Source: Basidiobolus meristosporus CBS 931.73 (taxonomy: Eukaryota; Fungi; Basidiobolomycota). Taken from it: a stretch of DNA of 49,984 nt. The stretch lies in assembly GCA_002104905.1 (NCBI GenBank), contig MCFE01000647.1, forward strand, positions 1 through 49,984. The letters run 5' to 3'. Of the stretch, positions 48,213 through 49,984 are shown piece after piece (the stretch's first letter is position 1; each line of letters opens with the position of its first letter). The position numbers and the translations under genes were made by a program. The notes below the pieces were generated by a model. The model was not told the DNA's origin. It made no database searches and worked only from the letters and a program-made list of their open reading frames with translations.

Positions 48213-48545
48213 TGTTGTAAGAGTCTTGGAGATATTGGAAGTGATTGGGAGAACAAGTAGATTATGTGGTTTTCACTTAATGATTTATTGAATGTAAAAG
48301 TAGTATTTATACTTTTACATGGTCTTGGCATTACAAACACGTAGAATAGGCTAAGGAAGGTCCCAAGAACATGTGTGCAAAGTTTGGGGCTGTTTGGACA
48401 ACTTTGAGAATTTTCATGTTCTGGGTAAATATTCTAAGTAAATCCCGACAAGGAATTTGGTCAGTATTCTCCTGGATTTGAAGGTGATGATCTAAGTGAC
48501 TAAGTTAGGTGAATATTTAGGTGGAAAATACGAATTTTTACAACA
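48213..48545 (-). mobile_element. 3' LTR (333 bp) of a young Ty1/copia element
   Basis: TGTTGTAA...TTACAACA inverted termini; preceded on the minus strand by a PPT and the RNase H stop codon. Confidence 0.97.
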
Positions 48546-48555
48546 CTCCCACTCA
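48546..48555 (-). other. Polypurine tract
   Basis: Minus-strand TGAGTGGGAG abuts the LTR TG and follows the pol stop codon at 48559-48557. Confidence 0.85.
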
Positions 48556-48556
48556 G

Positions 48557-49984
48557 CTAAATGTTCATACTGACTAGTCCTAATTTTGACCTAAAATATT
48601 CAAACTTGTCTCTAGCTAATGGTTTGGTAAATATGTCTGCAATCATTTCATCTGTAGGACAGTAAACTAAGCTAACTAAGTTATTCTCTATAGCTTCACG
48701 TATGAAATGATGTCTAATATCTATGTGCTTGGTTCTAGCATGAAAAGTTGGATTTCTACCTAATTGTATACATCCTTGATTATCTTGAAATAAAGTAATA
48801 GGCGTTTTTTGACATAGGCCTAAATCTGTAAAGAGCTTTCTTAACCACATTGCTTCTTTTGTAGCTTCACAGGCTGCCATATACTCTGCCTCTGTAGTAG
48901 AAAGTGCTACGGCTGGTTGCTTTCTTGAATTCCATGAAATGGCTCCTTTACAGTAAAGAAAGGTGTATCCTGTGGTGGATCTTCTGTCTTCTAAATTTTG
49001 TCCCCAATCAGCATCAGAGTATCCCACAAGATCCTGTTCTGAATCCTTATAAGTGTATCTTAAGCAGATATCAGCAGTTCCTTTTAGGTATCTAAAAATC
49101 CGCTTAACTGCTGCAATATGATCAGATCCATAATTCTGATTATGTTGGCTGACAACTCCCACTGAATATGAGATATCTGGACGTGTTCCAAGCATGATAT
49201 ACATCAGACTGCCGACCATAGATTGATAAGGAAAGTCAGGGCTTTCAGATGGCACCAAGCTCTCTTGATTTGGTTGAGTTTTGACCAAGTTAAGGTTTGT
49301 CTCCATTGGGGTAGCTGCCGGTTTACAGTCTTCCATTTTGTACTTCTTTAGTATATCTTGAATATACTTGGATTGGCTTAGGGTAATAGTCTGGGTACTT
49401 CTGTCTATGGAGAACTTAATCCCTAAGTAGTAACTGAGTTCTCCTAGATCGGACATCTTGAACTCCTTAGATAGGCTGGATTTAGTCTCTTCCAATGTTT
49501 CTAGGTTATTGGTGGCTATAATAAGATCATCCACATATAGAGCTAATAGAACTGGATTTGCTCTATCTGGCTTATAGTATATACTATAGTCAGCATTACT
49601 CCTTTTGAAACTCAAAGATTCCAAATAAGAATCTATCTTGCAATTCCAGGCTCTCGGTGATTGTTTGAGACCATATAGTGACTTTTTAAGCTTGCAGACC
49701 AAATGGGGGTTATCTTGGTCAACAAACCCATCAGGCTGGTCCATATACACGTCCTCATCAAGTTCTCCATTCAAAAATGCAGTTTTTACATCCATTTGAT
49801 GAATAAAAAACTTATATTTGGCTGCAATAGCCAATATTAATCTGATGGAATTAAACTTGGCTACCGGTGCAAAGGTCTCAGTATAGTCAAGTCCTTTTGT
49901 TTGAGAGTATCCTTTAGCTACAAGTCTTGCTTTGTATCTTTCAATTGTACCATCAGCCTTGTACTTTGTCTTGAAGACCCATCT
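48557..49984 (-). mobile_element. Ty1/copia pol (reverse transcriptase + RNase H); open to the window edge, 5' part outside the window
   Basis: Uninterrupted frame: RWVFKTK, RYKARLVAKGYSQ, QMDVKTAFLNG, LYGLKQSPRAW, YVDDL, GYSDADW, EAEYMA, HIDIRHHF, ADIFTKPL. Confidence 0.98.

Overview
Eukaryotic genomic DNA with short (about 50-90 bp) spliceosomal introns, CTAAC-type branch points and fungal-type genes. A front-end Delta6-desaturase and the divergent orthologues point to an early-diverging fungus (Mucoromycota or Zoopagomycota; inference). The central ~45 kb holds mostly housekeeping genes: stomatin, M28 peptidase, Snt1/NCoR-like, ERD2, ATG3, ETF-beta, Mic12-like, Pop8-like, a ~2330-aa Rim15-like kinase, a PDK/BCKDK-type kinase, bestrophin, Delta6-desaturase and an Rpa14-like ORF. 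Both ends carry members of one Ty1/copia family. At the left are a decayed gag with its 5' LTR and a half-tRNAiMet primer site, plus a solo LTR with a 5-bp TSD. At the right are an intact RT-RNaseH with PPT and 3' LTR, stacked on two older LTR fragments. The most unusual items are (1) a frameshifted relic resembling poxvirus D6/D11-type SF2 helicases (possible giant-virus or linear-plasmid insert), (2) an orphan secreted precursor with three WN-x4-C-x-G-x2-C peptide modules and dibasic sites, and (3) an 812-aa secreted Gly/Ser/Tyr repeat protein. All family calls come from reading motifs by eye; no database searches were run.
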